Positions 29,479-40,538 of a stretch of DNA of 64,000 nt are shown here, in pieces; within the stretch, counting starts at the first letter, position 1; each line of letters begins with the position of its first letter. The notes beneath the pieces were generated by a model, which was not told where the DNA came from, made no database searches, and saw nothing but the letters and a program-made list of their open reading frames with translations. The stretch covers positions 7,729 through 71,728 of the forward strand of contig JBEBTF010000001.1 of the NCBI GenBank assembly GCA_040393865.1. The letters run 5' to 3'. The position numbers and the translations under genes are program-made. This stretch comes from Planctomicrobium piriforme. GTDB lineage: Bacteria; Planctomycetota; Planctomycetia; Planctomycetales; Planctomycetaceae.

Positions 29479-32400
29479 CTACGAACTGGACTGAGCACTC
29501 TGAGCAATGTCGTTACGAGCCCCTGTCGATTCTTGCATGATAAGTTGGTAAAGCATATTAGTGCTTACCGGTTTAATGAGATGGCAATTGAATCCGGCTT
29601 TGGCTGACAAGGAGCGGTCTGATTCTTGACCATATCCGGTGAGTGCCACCAGTTGAATGTGATCCAAGTCTGGATTGGAACGGACCATCTCTGCAAACTG
29701 ATAGCCGTCGATATGAGGCATTCCGATGTCAGAGATGATGATGTCCGGTCGGAATTTTTGGGCGAGTTCCAAACCGGTCATGGCATTGTCTGCGGTATAG
29801 ACTGTTTGTCCCAGTTTCTCCAGAAGCTTGCTGACCATATATCGTGCAGCACTGGTATCATCGACGACAAGCACACGCCGCGCTGGCAATGCTTCAGGTT
29901 CAAGTCTCTGGGGGGCAGCCTGTCGAATTGTCTGCGGCTGGATGCGGGGGAGGAGAACACTGAATGTTGATCCTGTCCCAGAGGCAGCTGGACGCACAGC
30001 GACTTCTCCCTGGTGGAGTTCAACCAGTCGCTTTACAAGTGTCAGGCCGATTCCAAGTCCTCCTTGAGAACGATTGATTGAGCGGTCAACCTGCGTAAAT
30101 GGTTCGAAGATCAGTTTGCGCATGGATTCCGGAATCCCGATACCGCTGTCCGTGACTTCAACCGTGACATGATTTTCCTCCAAGAGAATGTGAAGGCTGA
30201 TTTCCCTGTGGGGATCGCTGTATTTTGCTGCGTTGTTCAGCAGGTTGGAGAAGACCTGAGAAAGCCGCGTCTGATCCGCATCCAGCCAGATCGGAGTTTC
30301 CGGCGGAGTGTAATTGACACGATGTTTGTTGGCTGCGATGACGAACTCGCTGGTTTCCAGAGCACTTTTGAGCACGGTGGTCAGTTCAATTTGATCGCGG
30401 CGGAGTTCAATTTTTCCCCGAGTGATTCGAGAGACGTCGAGGAGATCATCAACGAGCCGGACGAGTTGTTGAACTTGTCTTTGAATGACATTCTGCAGTT
30501 CCGTGCATGTCTCTGGGGAGTTTTTCCCGAGTTGCAGGACCTCGATCGCGTTGTGGATGGGAGCGAGAGGATTGCGCAGCTCATGAGCGAGCGTTGCCAG
30601 AAACTCGTCTTTGCGGCGATCTGCATCCTGCAATGCGGCCACGGCTCTTTTCTGTTGATCAATATCAATGACGACACCGATCATTTTTCTCGGGCAACTG
30701 ACGCTGTCATAAAGAATCATTGCCTGACACTTGAGCCAGCGTGTCTGACCGTCTGAGTGTGTGCACTCATATTCAATATTGAGTTCTGAATCCCCTTCTG
30801 CCAGGCATTGCTCAATTTGTTGCCGGAGCCGATTCGCTGATTCTGGGGGACTGCGGTTAATCCAGTCCTCCAGTGTGCCGGAAAACTCTTCGAGGCTGAT
30901 GCCGTACAACAGGCAGAGTTCTTCCGTCCAGATTAACTGGCCCTCTGTGATTCGCCATTCAAAACTTCCGATTCGACCAGCCTGTTGTGCCAGTCGCAAG
31001 CGATATTCGTTCTGGCGTAACTCTCTGGAGATTCTGGCTCGTTCAATCGATTCCCAGCATCGCAGTGCGACGTGTTGAACGAGTTCAATTTCCTCAGGTT
31101 GCCAGACTCGGGGACGCATCTGATTCACGCCGAGTGAGGCAATCAGACGCCCTGACTTGTGTAAGGGAACACAAATCAGCGAGGCGATTTTTAAGCTGCG
31201 ATATTGTGCGAGTTCTTTAGCGGACCGATTCCCGCTTTCGACATCATTGCAGACGAACGTTTTTCCGGCCATGACCGAATCGGCGAGGTCTTCGCTGATG
31301 TCGGTCAGACGATACCGTCCAACGATACTGCTGACCCCTTCGTTGTAGTCGCCTGTCAGATTGAAGGTGTTCTCGTCTCGTTCAAACTCGGCATATGCAC
31401 AGCGATTCACTTCCAGATATTGGGCCAGCAGTCTTGCTGCTGTCTGCGTGATTTCCTGGGGAGAAACTTCACCTTGAACCGCGTCATCCAATTGAACAAG
31501 GAAGCGATTTCTGGCCTCTGAAATGGATTGCTGGTGAATGTCATCGCAGAACCCGACCCATTCGGTGATGACACCTTGTGCATCAATGACAGGAGTACTT
31601 CTCGAACAGACATGGCGATATTCGCCAAATCGGTTTCTCAAACGATACTTGGCCGAGTACGAGAGGCTCTGGTCAATACTTGTCTTCCATGTTTCGAAAA
31701 CACCTTCCCGGTCATCAGGGTGAATTGCTTGTAACCAGCCCAATCCACGGAACTCCTCCCATGGCTGGCCTGTGTAGTTTGACCAGGATTGGTTGTCGGG
31801 AACCATTTCGCCTTTGGAATCTGTTCTCCAGATTGCGATAGGGATTGTGGTCAGAACCGTTCGGTAACGACTTTCGTTTTCCTTTAATTCCTGTAAAGCG
31901 CGCGCCTTCTCAATGTGAATCGAGGCTTTGTCCGCAATCTGCGTCATTAGCCGGATTTCGTCGAGAGTCCAGTTACGAGGTTTCTGCTGTTGGACTCCCA
32001 GCAAGCCGATGGTCTCGTCACCTTTCCGGAGAGGACAGACAAGACAAGGGAATGGACCGGTCATCTTCGTTGTCGACGACTTGATTTCGTCGGCGGATTC
32101 CGGCTCTGAACTCCATTCAAAGTAGTCTGGTGTTTTTTTCTCCGGAGTGATTGGCTTGGGAGTATTAATTGCCAGCGTCATTCCATTGCGGAGAATTTCG
32201 ATCTGCGACTCATTGATGTGCTTGAGGTCCCTCGGAGGCAGGTTTTGGGCGGGATATTTGAACCACTCCTGTTTGATTCCGATCGATTGTGGGGCAGGGT
32301 AAAGTTCCGCATAAAAACAGTGATCGCCGTCCAGTGATTCTCCCAGGTATTTCGTTGCTGTCGCCATGACGACGTCAGGATCATCCTGATTTCGTGTTGC

Positions 32401-32913
32401 TTCGCTGAATTCGTACAAGGTTCGTAACTGTTGTTCGCTACGGAGTGCACTGCTTGCGATGCGGCTGGCTTCGATCGTGTGGACTGCTTGCTGAGCGTAA
32501 AGATCCAGCATTCGTAATTGAATCTGGTCGGGGCGGTGTGGACTACGGAAATGAGTCGAGAGGATTCCGACAAGTTTTCCGTTGCGGTTAATTAACGGCG
32601 TTGCCTGCACTCCGCGGTAGCCTGCTGCAATCGCGGCATCGCGGAATGGCATATAGGACTCATCTTGCAGGATGTCAGGCACGATCACTCTTTGGCGATG
32701 CTTCAGTGCGCGACCACAAGCAGACCCGTCAAACTCTGTGATTCCATGAAAGTGTTCGAGCATGCTGTCGTCGAAACCACGATGCGCTGCGACAACGAGA
32801 GTCTGCGTCTCGGGATTGAGCATTTGAATATTGCCCATCGACGCGTCCAGCATCTCAATCGCCGCACTCAGGATCGCATCCAGTTCAAGATTGATTTCGA
32901 CGAGTTTTTTCAA
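29479..32913 (-). CDS. cytoplasmic hybrid histidine kinase (GAF-GAF-PAS-GAF-PAS-HisKA-HATPase-REC)
   Basis: GAF motif GSACGRAL; PAS WLQAIHPDD; FLATLAHELRNPLAPI; NNAAKYS; GGLGIGL; REC VLVVDD..SDIGMP. Confidence 0.93.
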   Translation of the reverse strand: MKKLVEINLELDAILSAAIEMLDASMGNIQMLNPETQTLVVAAHRGFDDSMLEHFHGITEFDGSACGRALKHRQRVIVPDILQDESYMPFRDAAIAAGYRGVQATPLINRNGKLVGILSTHFRSPHRPDQIQLRMLDLYAQQAVHTIEASRIASSALRSEQQLRTLYEFSEATRNQDDPDVVMATATKYLGESLDGDHCFYAELYPAPQSIGIKQEWFKYPAQNLPPRDLKHINESQIEILRNGMTLAINTPKPITPEKKTPDYFEWSSEPESADEIKSSTTKMTGPFPCLVCPLRKGDETIGLLGVQQQKPRNWTLDEIRLMTQIADKASIHIEKARALQELKENESRYRTVLTTIPIAIWRTDSKGEMVPDNQSWSNYTGQPWEEFRGLGWLQAIHPDDREGVFETWKTSIDQSLSYSAKYRLRNRFGEYRHVCSRSTPVIDAQGVITEWVGFCDDIHQQSISEARNRFLVQLDDAVQGEVSPQEITQTAARLLAQYLEVNRCAYAEFERDENTFNLTGDYNEGVSSIVGRYRLTDISEDLADSVMAGKTFVCNDVESGNRSAKELAQYRSLKIASLICVPLHKSGRLIASLGVNQMRPRVWQPEEIELVQHVALRCWESIERARISRELRQNEYRLRLAQQAGRIGSFEWRITEGQLIWTEELCLLYGISLEEFSGTLEDWINRSPPESANRLRQQIEQCLAEGDSELNIEYECTHSDGQTRWLKCQAMILYDSVSCPRKMIGVVIDIDQQKRAVAALQDADRRKDEFLATLAHELRNPLAPIHNAIEVLQLGKNSPETCTELQNVIQRQVQQLVRLVDDLLDVSRITRGKIELRRDQIELTTVLKSALETSEFVIAANKHRVNYTPPETPIWLDADQTRLSQVFSNLLNNAAKYSDPHREISLHILLEENHVTVEVTDSGIGIPESMRKLIFEPFTQVDRSINRSQGGLGIGLTLVKRLVELHQGEVAVRPAASGTGSTFSVLLPRIQPQTIRQAAPQRLEPEALPARRVLVVDDTSAARYMVSKLLEKLGQTVYTADNAMTGLELAQKFRPDIIISDIGMPHIDGYQFAEMVRSNPDLDHIQLVALTGYGQESDRSLSAKAGFNCHLIKPVSTNMLYQLIMQESTGARNDIAQSAQSSS

Positions 32914-33494
32914 TGTTGACCTACAGATCTGTGGAAAGCGGATGTAGTCGAAGATCTCAGCTGAGATGAAGCATCATCTATGATGACTCAATTTTGAGCG
33001 GTTTATGAATCAGAAAATGCGACTGAACAGGAATTTCCAGGTGGAAATCGGAGCTTGGTCGGTGAATCTCCCGTGAATCGCAGCTTGGCCGACTTCTCAA
33101 TCGTTCGCTGAATTCTTCTCCGCGAAGATATCTCTGATTGATGCCTCGACAAGACTTTGTTCCTTGCTCAAATCCAGAATGTGCTGGAAGGCAAACAAAA
33201 ACGGAAAGCCAATTTTTGACCGTTATGTAGAGCGAAATCAATTTGCGAGCCCTTCCAGGCAAGTTGGCATGGCTTGAATCCAATGTTCCGATCCGGTGCA
33301 AAGACCTGCGGAAATTGCTCTAATGGCTCATGTAACAGAAGTGGTGGAGTCCAAAGACAGGCGTTGGACTCTTGGGAAGACTGGCTTTCATTTTGTTGAA
33401 AGCCTTTGTGTTCGGCCTGCGTCTGCGAGTTCCAGATCACTCGGTGCAGAGTGACTGGGTCGTGTAAGTGCTTATTTAGTAAAGTGTTGTTGAG

Positions 33495-34547
33495 ATGGCG
33501 ATTTCGTACAAAGATGCTGGCGTGGACCTCGATTCGTACGAAGAGGCGATGGCTCGCCTGCCTGCTCTGATGCAGCGCACCCAGACCCCGCGAGTCCTTC
33601 CTTTGATGGGAGGATTTGCTGGATTATTTGGATTAAACGGAGATGGTCGGAAGTACCAGGATCCTGTGCTGGTCTCGGGGACTGACGGCGTCGGTACGAA
33701 AATCAAAGTTGCGATGCTCGCCCAGCGGTACGACACCATCGGGATTGACCTCGTCGGGATGTGTGTCAATGACTGTCTGTGTCTGGGAGCGGAGCCGCTC
33801 TTTTTCCTCGATTATGTCGCTTTGGGACAGGATAATCCTGACCTGACCACCGCCCTGGTTAAAGGGGTCTCCGATGGCTGTTTGCTGGCGAAATCCGCAC
33901 TGATTGGCGGTGAAACTGCGATTATGCCAGACCTGTATGCGCCTGGCGATTTTGATATGGCAGGCTTTTGCGTCGGGGTCGTTGAGCGGGATCAGATTCT
34001 AGACGGCAAGAAGATCCAGAAGGGCAACGTTCTTGTCGGAATCGAGTCATCCGGATTGCATTCCAACGGGTTCAGCCTTGTTCGTAAAATTGTGTTTGGC
34101 GCGGCAGGGCTTGATGTTTCGGCCTTCGTTGAAGAACTCGGAATGACGGTAGGTGACGCCCTGCTGATTCCAACCCGAATTTATGCAGATGTTGTTCAAA
34201 AGTTGCTGGCATTGAAGAACGGCTCTGAGGCTGTTGTGGCAGGGCTGGCTCATATCACCGGCGGCGGCATCGCAGAAAACACTGGTCGTATTATTCCACA
34301 GGGATTGCAGGCCGCAGTCCGTCGCTCAAGCTGGACTGTCCCACCTGTCTTCCAGTGGCTTCAGAAACTCGGAAGTGTCGACCGCGATGAAATGTCTCGT
34401 GTGTTCAACATGGGAATTGGAATGGTTGTGAGCGTCCATCCTGATCACGTGAGTGCAGTTCAGGATGTGGTTCGCGAATGTGGATTTGGTTCTCACATCG
34501 TTGGTGAAGTCGTAGAGGGCACGGAATCCGCAGTGTATGTCGATTAA
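33495..34547 (+). CDS. purM: phosphoribosylformylglycinamidine cyclo-ligase (AIR synthase)
   Basis: SYKDAGVD, GTDGVGTK, GGETAIMP, SSGLHSNGFSL, HITGGG, FNMGIGM. Confidence 0.98.
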   Translation: MAISYKDAGVDLDSYEEAMARLPALMQRTQTPRVLPLMGGFAGLFGLNGDGRKYQDPVLVSGTDGVGTKIKVAMLAQRYDTIGIDLVGMCVNDCLCLGAEPLFFLDYVALGQDNPDLTTALVKGVSDGCLLAKSALIGGETAIMPDLYAPGDFDMAGFCVGVVERDQILDGKKIQKGNVLVGIESSGLHSNGFSLVRKIVFGAAGLDVSAFVEELGMTVGDALLIPTRIYADVVQKLLALKNGSEAVVAGLAHITGGGIAENTGRIIPQGLQAAVRRSSWTVPPVFQWLQKLGSVDRDEMSRVFNMGIGMVVSVHPDHVSAVQDVVRECGFGSHIVGEVVEGTESAVYVD

Positions 34548-35126
34548 TGTCGAAAACATCTGAGTAAGAGAATCAGCGTGTCAGACTCGTTCCGCGAGAT
34601 GGCACGCTGATTCCTTGAAACACTCTCTGTGGTATCCTGATTTCTCCGGTCTCCACGATTATTTTCTTTGCGTCATAGATTGACGCCATCTGAACCGCAG
34701 GAGCGTTTGTATCCGGCGTAACGGTATAAATCCGTCTGATACCGGGAATTCGGTTCAATTCTGTCAGATTGCCCACTTCTCAATCATTCCGCTGTGGATT
34801 ATTGTTTCAGCAGCGAGGAATGTTGTCAGCACAGCAGTTTACTCGCTGTGACTTGATCGTGAGGTAGAGCAAATTGCTCTGGTGTTGCGTCAATCTTTCG
34901 TCTTCAGGTTGGATAATCAAAACAGTAGCGGCCAACGAGTCGCGGAAGATGTCAGACAACCCGAAGGTCAAAGCCTGACAAGGCTCTGGAGCGATTTTCG
35001 GAAAGATATGGCGTTTTCTGGCACGCGGCATTCTGTCTTTCTCCAGTCGAGAAGACCGTTACGCGGCCACATGATAGACCTCTCCGGTCTAGAAAAGACA
35101 GTTAATCTGTTTTGTGGGAGCGAAAT

Positions 35127-35693
35127 ATGGCAATGGGCAATGAAGAAATTCTGCTGGATGCTGAAGAGCGAATGGAGAAGGCTGTCGAAGTCTTCCGAAG
35201 TTCACTTCAGGGCTTGCGGACTGGTCGGGCATCACCGGGGTTGGTTGACTCCGTTCGAGTGAATTACTTTGGTTCACCGACGCCATTGAAACAGGTTGCA
35301 AATATCAGTTGTCCTGAGCCGCAGCAGATTGTGATTCGCCCGTTTGATCAGGGGAATCTTAATGAAATCATTAAGGCGATTCAGGCGAGTGATGCTGGTC
35401 TTGCGCCAAACTCTGACGGCCGATTGATTCGTATTAACGTTCCACCGTTGTCGACAGAGCGTCGTCGTGAGCTGACGACTCGCGTAAATAAATTTGCAGA
35501 AGAAGCGCGGGTTGCAATTCGTAACGTCCGTCGCGATGCAAATAAGCATGCCGAAACAGCCGAGAAAGAGAAGATCCTGTCCGAGGACGATCTTGCCGGG
35601 GTGAAAGACGAAATCCAGGAATTGACCAAGAAATTTGAAGGTCAGGTCAACGATTTCGCCAAGGAAAAAGAGAAAGACATCATGGAAGGCTAA
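35127..35693 (+). CDS. frr: ribosome recycling factor
   Basis: LRTGRASP, YFGSPTPL, PPLSTERR, ARVAIRNVRRD; start at ATG 35127 or 35133. Confidence 0.97.
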   Translation: MAMGNEEILLDAEERMEKAVEVFRSSLQGLRTGRASPGLVDSVRVNYFGSPTPLKQVANISCPEPQQIVIRPFDQGNLNEIIKAIQASDAGLAPNSDGRLIRINVPPLSTERRRELTTRVNKFAEEARVAIRNVRRDANKHAETAEKEKILSEDDLAGVKDEIQELTKKFEGQVNDFAKEKEKDIMEG

Positions 35694-35731
35694 CACCTTC
35701 AGTGGTTTGTTAACTCGCGTCTGTTGAAATG

Positions 35732-35779
35732 AAAAGAGGTCTGCGTTCCATGTCTAGGACGCAGACCTCTTTGTGTTTT
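35732..35779. terminator. terminator after frr (bidirectional)
   Basis: AAAGAGGTCTGCGT / ACGCAGACCTCTTT. Confidence 0.8.
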
Positions 35780-35974
35780 GTAGAGCCTCTGGGAAGAGAG
35801 AGCAGAGGCTTGAAAATTACGCCAAGCGAAATTGGTTGCAACGAAATGTCGCTATCTTGCATCTTATGCTAAATCCGTCTTGCGCTGTAGCAGTAACCGC
35901 TCTTGTGTTGTAGGTGTACAGGGTTTAATTCCCTGTTGTAAGTGTGTGTTAAGTGCTTAGTGCTGTGGTTGGTT

Positions 35975-36667
35975 TTATGGCATGTCGAATGGGTGTGGCC
36001 ACCAGGCCTCCATTCGCAAGTCGCAAGTAATATGGACTGCCGCAGCGATTGCGAGCCACCATAACGCACATTCACATTCGCGGCGTACTCCCTTGGTCCA
36101 GATCGGGGTCGCCTGCAGTCGTTTTAGGCTGAGTGAGGTGGGGAACCATCGGGACGTTGATTTGCAGTAAGAGTCAAAGGCGTGTCCGTGGATGCTTCGC
36201 AGCACCTTTTCCTCTGCGGGAACGACTCCGAAGATATAGAGCAGAATGATTGGCAGTGTCAGTGTTGCCATGGTCAAATTCTGGACGAGGCAAAGAAAAC
36301 CGAACGAAATCAGCAAGGTTCCAATATAAAGTGGGTTTCGGCAGAGTGAGTAAGGTCCATTTGTGACCAGTTGTACCGATTTGCGAGAGGCGATAGTCGA
36401 GATCGACCACAGGCGGATTCCGATGCCAGAAACGATAAGCAGGTATCCGGCAATATCAATGAATTGTTCTAAGGTTCCGTTGATGGTGATGCGGGGGCGA
36501 GAGCACAGGGCAATTGAAAATCCCAGGATCAGGCAGAATGCCGTGATTGGGAGTCTCATCTTGTAAGACGGGTATTGTTTGATCCCAGATGGTGACGGCC
36601 TTTCGAGATCCAGGTTGACCTGTGATTGTGGGATGGGCTGGATTGTCGCTGCGGCCGGGTGGTTCAT
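35975..36667 (-). CDS. isoprenylcysteine carboxylmethyltransferase / PEMT-family membrane methyltransferase
   Basis: LVTNGPYSLCRNPLYIG, EEKVL...HGHAFDSYC. Confidence 0.85.
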   Translation of the reverse strand: MNHPAAATIQPIPQSQVNLDLERPSPSGIKQYPSYKMRLPITAFCLILGFSIALCSRPRITINGTLEQFIDIAGYLLIVSGIGIRLWSISTIASRKSVQLVTNGPYSLCRNPLYIGTLLISFGFLCLVQNLTMATLTLPIILLYIFGVVPAEEKVLRSIHGHAFDSYCKSTSRWFPTSLSLKRLQATPIWTKGVRRECECALWWLAIAAAVHITCDLRMEAWWPHPFDMP

Positions 36668-37117
36668 CTGGCAGTCCGTAGTGTAGGAACGTTTATATCG
36701 TTGTGTCGGAAGTGATTGCAGTTGAGGATCTTTGCTGAGTGGGTAAGTTCTCAGTTAAAAATTTCTCTTGCCTGTGTTCGAGGTCGCAAGGTTTCATGTG
36801 CTTTTGTTAGAACTGGCTACCGGAACAAGTTGAAGTCCCTGTCAATCCTCAATTCAGTTTGATTCTGGTGTGAGGTATGGATCAGATCGCAATGGATTTG
36901 ATGCAAGCCTTGAAAAAGCCAGAACTGAGGCCAACCCTACGCTGGACCGGCAAAATTCGTCAATATCGAGTTGTTCAACGAAAACGGCAAAAAATGCGTC
37001 TGTCGGGTGGGAACCCCTGCACGTCAATCGGTTTGGGGTGACCTGTGTGTTCATGTGTGCAGGTCTCAATTTGAGAAGTCTCCCCGGAAAGTCTGAGAAA
37101 GTGGGAGGCGAAGACGT

Positions 37118-37146
37118 TTGACAAAAGAAGAAATGAGAATTAGTAT
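37118..37146 (+). promoter_or_regulatory. sigma70 promoter of the S10-spc operon
   Basis: TTGACA-N17-TAGTAT, 81 nt before rpsJ; leader hairpin GCACCGGGG/CTCTCGGTGC. Confidence 0.8.
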
Positions 37147-37227
37147 CTCGCGTTTCCCGCACCGGGGCATGGCTCTCGGTGCCGAGATTGTTGAGATGTA
37201 GGCGTTTACGCAAAAGGAAGTTCGCAC

Positions 37228-37545
37228 GTGGCTGCAAACGAACGTATCCGTATCCGGATGGAGGCATTTGACCATACCATCCTCGATCAGTCGGCAACTG
37301 ATATTGTCGATACTGCCAAGCGAACGGGTGCTGTGGTGCACGGGCCGATTCCATTGCCGACTCGTATTGAGCGGTATACCGTTCTTCGAAGTCCTCACAT
37401 TGATAAGAAGTCTCGTGAGCAGTTCGAGATTCGAACTCACAAGCGAGTGATTGATATTGTTCAGCCAACTGGTAAGACGATTGATGCTTTGAATAAGCTC
37501 TCGTTGCCAGCTGGTGTGGATATCAAAATTAAAGCCTCGACATAG
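37228..37545 (+). CDS. rpsJ: 30S ribosomal protein S10
   Basis: [32 protein letters not shown]. Confidence 0.99.
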   Translation: MAANERIRIRMEAFDHTILDQSATDIVDTAKRTGAVVHGPIPLPTRIERYTVLRSPHIDKKSREQFEIRTHKRVIDIVQPTGKTIDALNKLSLPAGVDIKIKAST

Positions 37546-37671
37546 TTCAGTGGCGTTGCTGCTGCGTGTTTGAGATTGTAGGTGCCGGGCAAGTGTCGAT
37601 TTTGTCTGGTGTCTTGATTGTTTTGTAAAAATCGTGTGTGTTTCACGCGTCTGTATTTGAGGGGTCGAGCC

Positions 37672-38409
37672 ATGCCCGTCGGGCTACTCGGAAGAAAAGT
37701 TGGAATGACGCAGGTCTATAGTGAGTCAGGTGCCATGGTGCCTGTCACTGTGATCGAAGCAGGCCCTTGTGCGGTTCTGCAGGTCAAGACTGCTGATCGG
37801 GATGGCTATGAGGCTGTTCAGTTGGGCTTTGATGATAAGCTCAGCCAGAAAGACTTGGCCCGCGATTCAGAGCAGCGAAACCGTAGTCGTGCGAATCGTG
37901 CAGAGCGTGGTCACGTTGCGGTTTTGAAGAGCAAGCGTCAAAAGCGGTTGGCTGAGGCGGGTGTTGAATCTCGCGTAAAGGCTAACTGTGAACCAAAACG
38001 ATTTGTTCGTGAGTTTCGCATCGATGGCGAGGCTGCCGGTGTTGAGGTTGGCCAGGTGTTGAATGCTGGTCTTTTTGATGGCGTCGCTTATGTTGACGTT
38101 GTTGGAACGAGCAAAGGCCGTGGTACAACTGGGGCGATGAAGCGTCACAACTTCTCCGGTCAGGGAAGTGCACACGGTACAAAGAAGGTTCATCGTCGCG
38201 TCGGGGCTATCGGTGCCAATGCGATGAATCGCGGTACCAGCGGTATGATCAAGAAGGGGATGCGGATGGCTGGGCAGTATGGTAATGCTCGCTCAACTGT
38301 TCGTAATCTCAAAGTTGTTAAGATTGACGTTGAAAATAATATGCTGTTGGTGAATGGAGCGATTCCAGGTCCAAATGGCGGTTATGTGGTAATTCGGGTA
38401 GCAAAATAG
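37672..38409 (+). CDS. rplC: 50S ribosomal protein L3
   Basis: GLLGRKVGMTQ, DGYEAVQLG, SKGRG; ATG at 37672. Confidence 0.98.
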   Translation: MPVGLLGRKVGMTQVYSESGAMVPVTVIEAGPCAVLQVKTADRDGYEAVQLGFDDKLSQKDLARDSEQRNRSRANRAERGHVAVLKSKRQKRLAEAGVESRVKANCEPKRFVREFRIDGEAAGVEVGQVLNAGLFDGVAYVDVVGTSKGRGTTGAMKRHNFSGQGSAHGTKKVHRRVGAIGANAMNRGTSGMIKKGMRMAGQYGNARSTVRNLKVVKIDVENNMLLVNGAIPGPNGGYVVIRVAK

Positions 38410-38489
38410 CGGTGATGTGTGTTCTGGTGTTCCCGGTATGTGGAATTGTCGGGATTAAATTCGAGATCGCACAGCTGAGAGATTGAGTA

Positions 38490-39149
38490 ATGGTAGACAG
38501 CACAAAAATCTCCGCACCGGTTCGCGGAATGGACGGCAAGAACGTCGGCTCCTATGAGTTTGACGGAAACGAGCTGGCTGACCGGATTAGCAAGCAGCTT
38601 CTGCATGATGTTGTAGTCATGTACGAGACCAACGTTCGTCAGGGGTCGGTTAAGACCAAGACTCGTGGTGAAGTTGCTGGAAGTACAAAGAAACTGTTCC
38701 GTCAAAAGGGAACAGGGAACGCTCGTGTTGGTACGAAGCGTTCTCCAATCCGTCGTGGGGGTGGACATACCTTTGCGAAGCAGCCAAAAGATTGGAGCTA
38801 TCGTCTCCCGAAAAAGGCTGTTCGCTTGGCTACTCGTATGGCGTTGTTGAGTAAGTTTCAGGATCAAGAGGCGACTGTTTTGGATTCTTTCTCTTTGAAA
38901 GAAGCTAAGACAAAGCCTGTTGTTGATATGCTCAAGGCGTTGGGTGTTGCTTCTGAGTCAGTGTTGCTGGTGATTCCGGATTATGATCTGACTGTTTGGA
39001 AGTCAGGTCGCAATATTGAGAATCTCTGGATTTCTCCGGTTAAAGAATTGAATGCGTATCAGCTGCTGCATCAAAAGCGATTGCTGATTACCCGGGAAGC
39101 CATTGATCAGGCACGTCAGGGGAACCCGGAAGCTGTGACCGTCGGCTAA
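38490..39149 (+). CDS. rplD: 50S ribosomal protein L4
   Basis: RQGSVKTKTRGEV, RQKGTGNAR. Confidence 0.98.
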   Translation: MVDSTKISAPVRGMDGKNVGSYEFDGNELADRISKQLLHDVVVMYETNVRQGSVKTKTRGEVAGSTKKLFRQKGTGNARVGTKRSPIRRGGGHTFAKQPKDWSYRLPKKAVRLATRMALLSKFQDQEATVLDSFSLKEAKTKPVVDMLKALGVASESVLLVIPDYDLTVWKSGRNIENLWISPVKELNAYQLLHQKRLLITREAIDQARQGNPEAVTVG

Positions 39150-39177
39150 TGCCGATTTGATCGCGAGGAGCAATACA

Positions 39178-39525
39178 ATGTCAGCAGAAAAAAACGAAGT
39201 TCAAGTTGAAACAGAGTCAGCAGAGTGTCGCGAAGGCGGCCTGAAGCTTGAAGCTCATCAGGTGATTTTGCGTCCGTTGGTGACTGAAAAAGGTGTGCAT
39301 CAGTCTACAAAGCTGAACGCTTATACCTTCCAGGTTCATCCGCAGGCAAACAAAACAGACGTCCGTTCAGCTGTTGAAAAGCTGTGGAACGTTCGGGTTG
39401 TTGAGGTGCGTACTCAGACCCGTAAGGGGAAGCCACGTCGCAGTCGCCTTCAGCTTGGCAGAACTGCTGATTGGAAGAAGGCGGTTGTCCAATTGCACGA
39501 AGAAGACCGAATTTCGTTCTTCTAA
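39178..39525 (+). CDS. rplW: 50S ribosomal protein L23
   Basis: RPLVTEK, ANKTDVRSAVE, WKKAVV; GAGGAG SD before the ATG at 39178. Confidence 0.97.
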   Translation: MSAEKNEVQVETESAECREGGLKLEAHQVILRPLVTEKGVHQSTKLNAYTFQVHPQANKTDVRSAVEKLWNVRVVEVRTQTRKGKPRRSRLQLGRTADWKKAVVQLHEEDRISFF

Positions 39526-39665
39526 ATTGCGATTTTGGCCGTTTGATCTTACAGTGTGCCGCTTAACGACACTGGTGTGGTCATCACTTGGTTTGCCTAC
39601 GCTGGCCGTTTCATTGGCGATGTCGCCGATTCGACAACGATTGAGAATATTGTCAGGACAGTACG

Positions 39666-40538
39666 ATGGGGATTCGTTTTTACAAACCGGTCACGCCAGG
39701 ACGTCGCGGTGCGACGGTTAGTGATTTTGCAGAAATCACGGACCGTAAGAAACGACCCGAAAAGAGCCTGACGGTTCGCGTTAAAAAACACGGTGGTCGT
39801 AACTTTCAAGGAAAGATTACATCACGTCATCGTGGCGGCGGATATCGTAAGATGTACCGCATTATCGACTTCAAGCGGCGAGTTGATAATGTTGCGATGA
39901 CAGTAACGCACATTGAATACGATCCAAACCGATCGGCTCGTATTGCGTTGATTGAGTATGTTTGCCCAGAGTCAGGCGCAACCGTAAAATCCTACATCTT
40001 GGCACCGAATGGCCTGAAGGCTGGCGATGTCGTGATGAACGGTTCTGCGGCAGAGCCTAAAAACGGGAACTGTTTGCCGTTGGAGAACATTCCAGCTGGT
40101 ACTCAGATTCATAACGTCGAGATGCAGCCCGGTCGCGGTGGGCAGCTGGTACGTAGTGCCGGTAACAGCGCCGTGATGAACGCGACAGATAAAGGTTGGG
40201 CGCAGATTACTTTGCCATCTGGCGAAGTTCGTCGTCTTCCTGCAAAATGTCGTGCGACGATCGGAGTCGTTGGAAACTCTGATCATCAGAATATTGTGTT
40301 GGGTAAAGCTGGCCGCAAGCGTTGGAAGGGGCGTCGTCCTCACGTTCGTGGTACCGCGATGAACCCAGTTGCTCACCCGATGGGTGGGGGCGAAGGCCGC
40401 ACAGCTGGGGGGCGTCATCCTTGTAGTCCAACTGGTAAGTTGGCGAAGGGTGGAAATACCCGTAAGCGTCGTAAGTCGTCATCACGGGCGATCATCCGTA
40501 GACGTCGTTCACGACGCAACGGGTTGAAGAAAATCTAG
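39666..40538 (+). CDS. rplB: 50S ribosomal protein L2
   Basis: [39 protein letters not shown]. Confidence 0.99.
   Translation: MGIRFYKPVTPGRRGATVSDFAEITDRKKRPEKSLTVRVKKHGGRNFQGKITSRHRGGGYRKMYRIIDFKRRVDNVAMTVTHIEYDPNRSARIALIEYVCPESGATVKSYILAPNGLKAGDVVMNGSAAEPKNGNCLPLENIPAGTQIHNVEMQPGRGGQLVRSAGNSAVMNATDKGWAQITLPSGEVRRLPAKCRATIGVVGNSDHQNIVLGKAGRKRWKGRRPHVRGTAMNPVAHPMGGGEGRTAGGRHPCSPTGKLAKGGNTRKRRKSSSRAIIRRRRSRRNGLKKI

Noticed and set aside
34600-34615. TGGCACGCTGATTCCT as a sigma54 promoter upstream of frr
   Set aside because: The -12 element lacks the conserved G (TTCC), it is over 500 nt from frr, and there is no supporting enhancer or terminator
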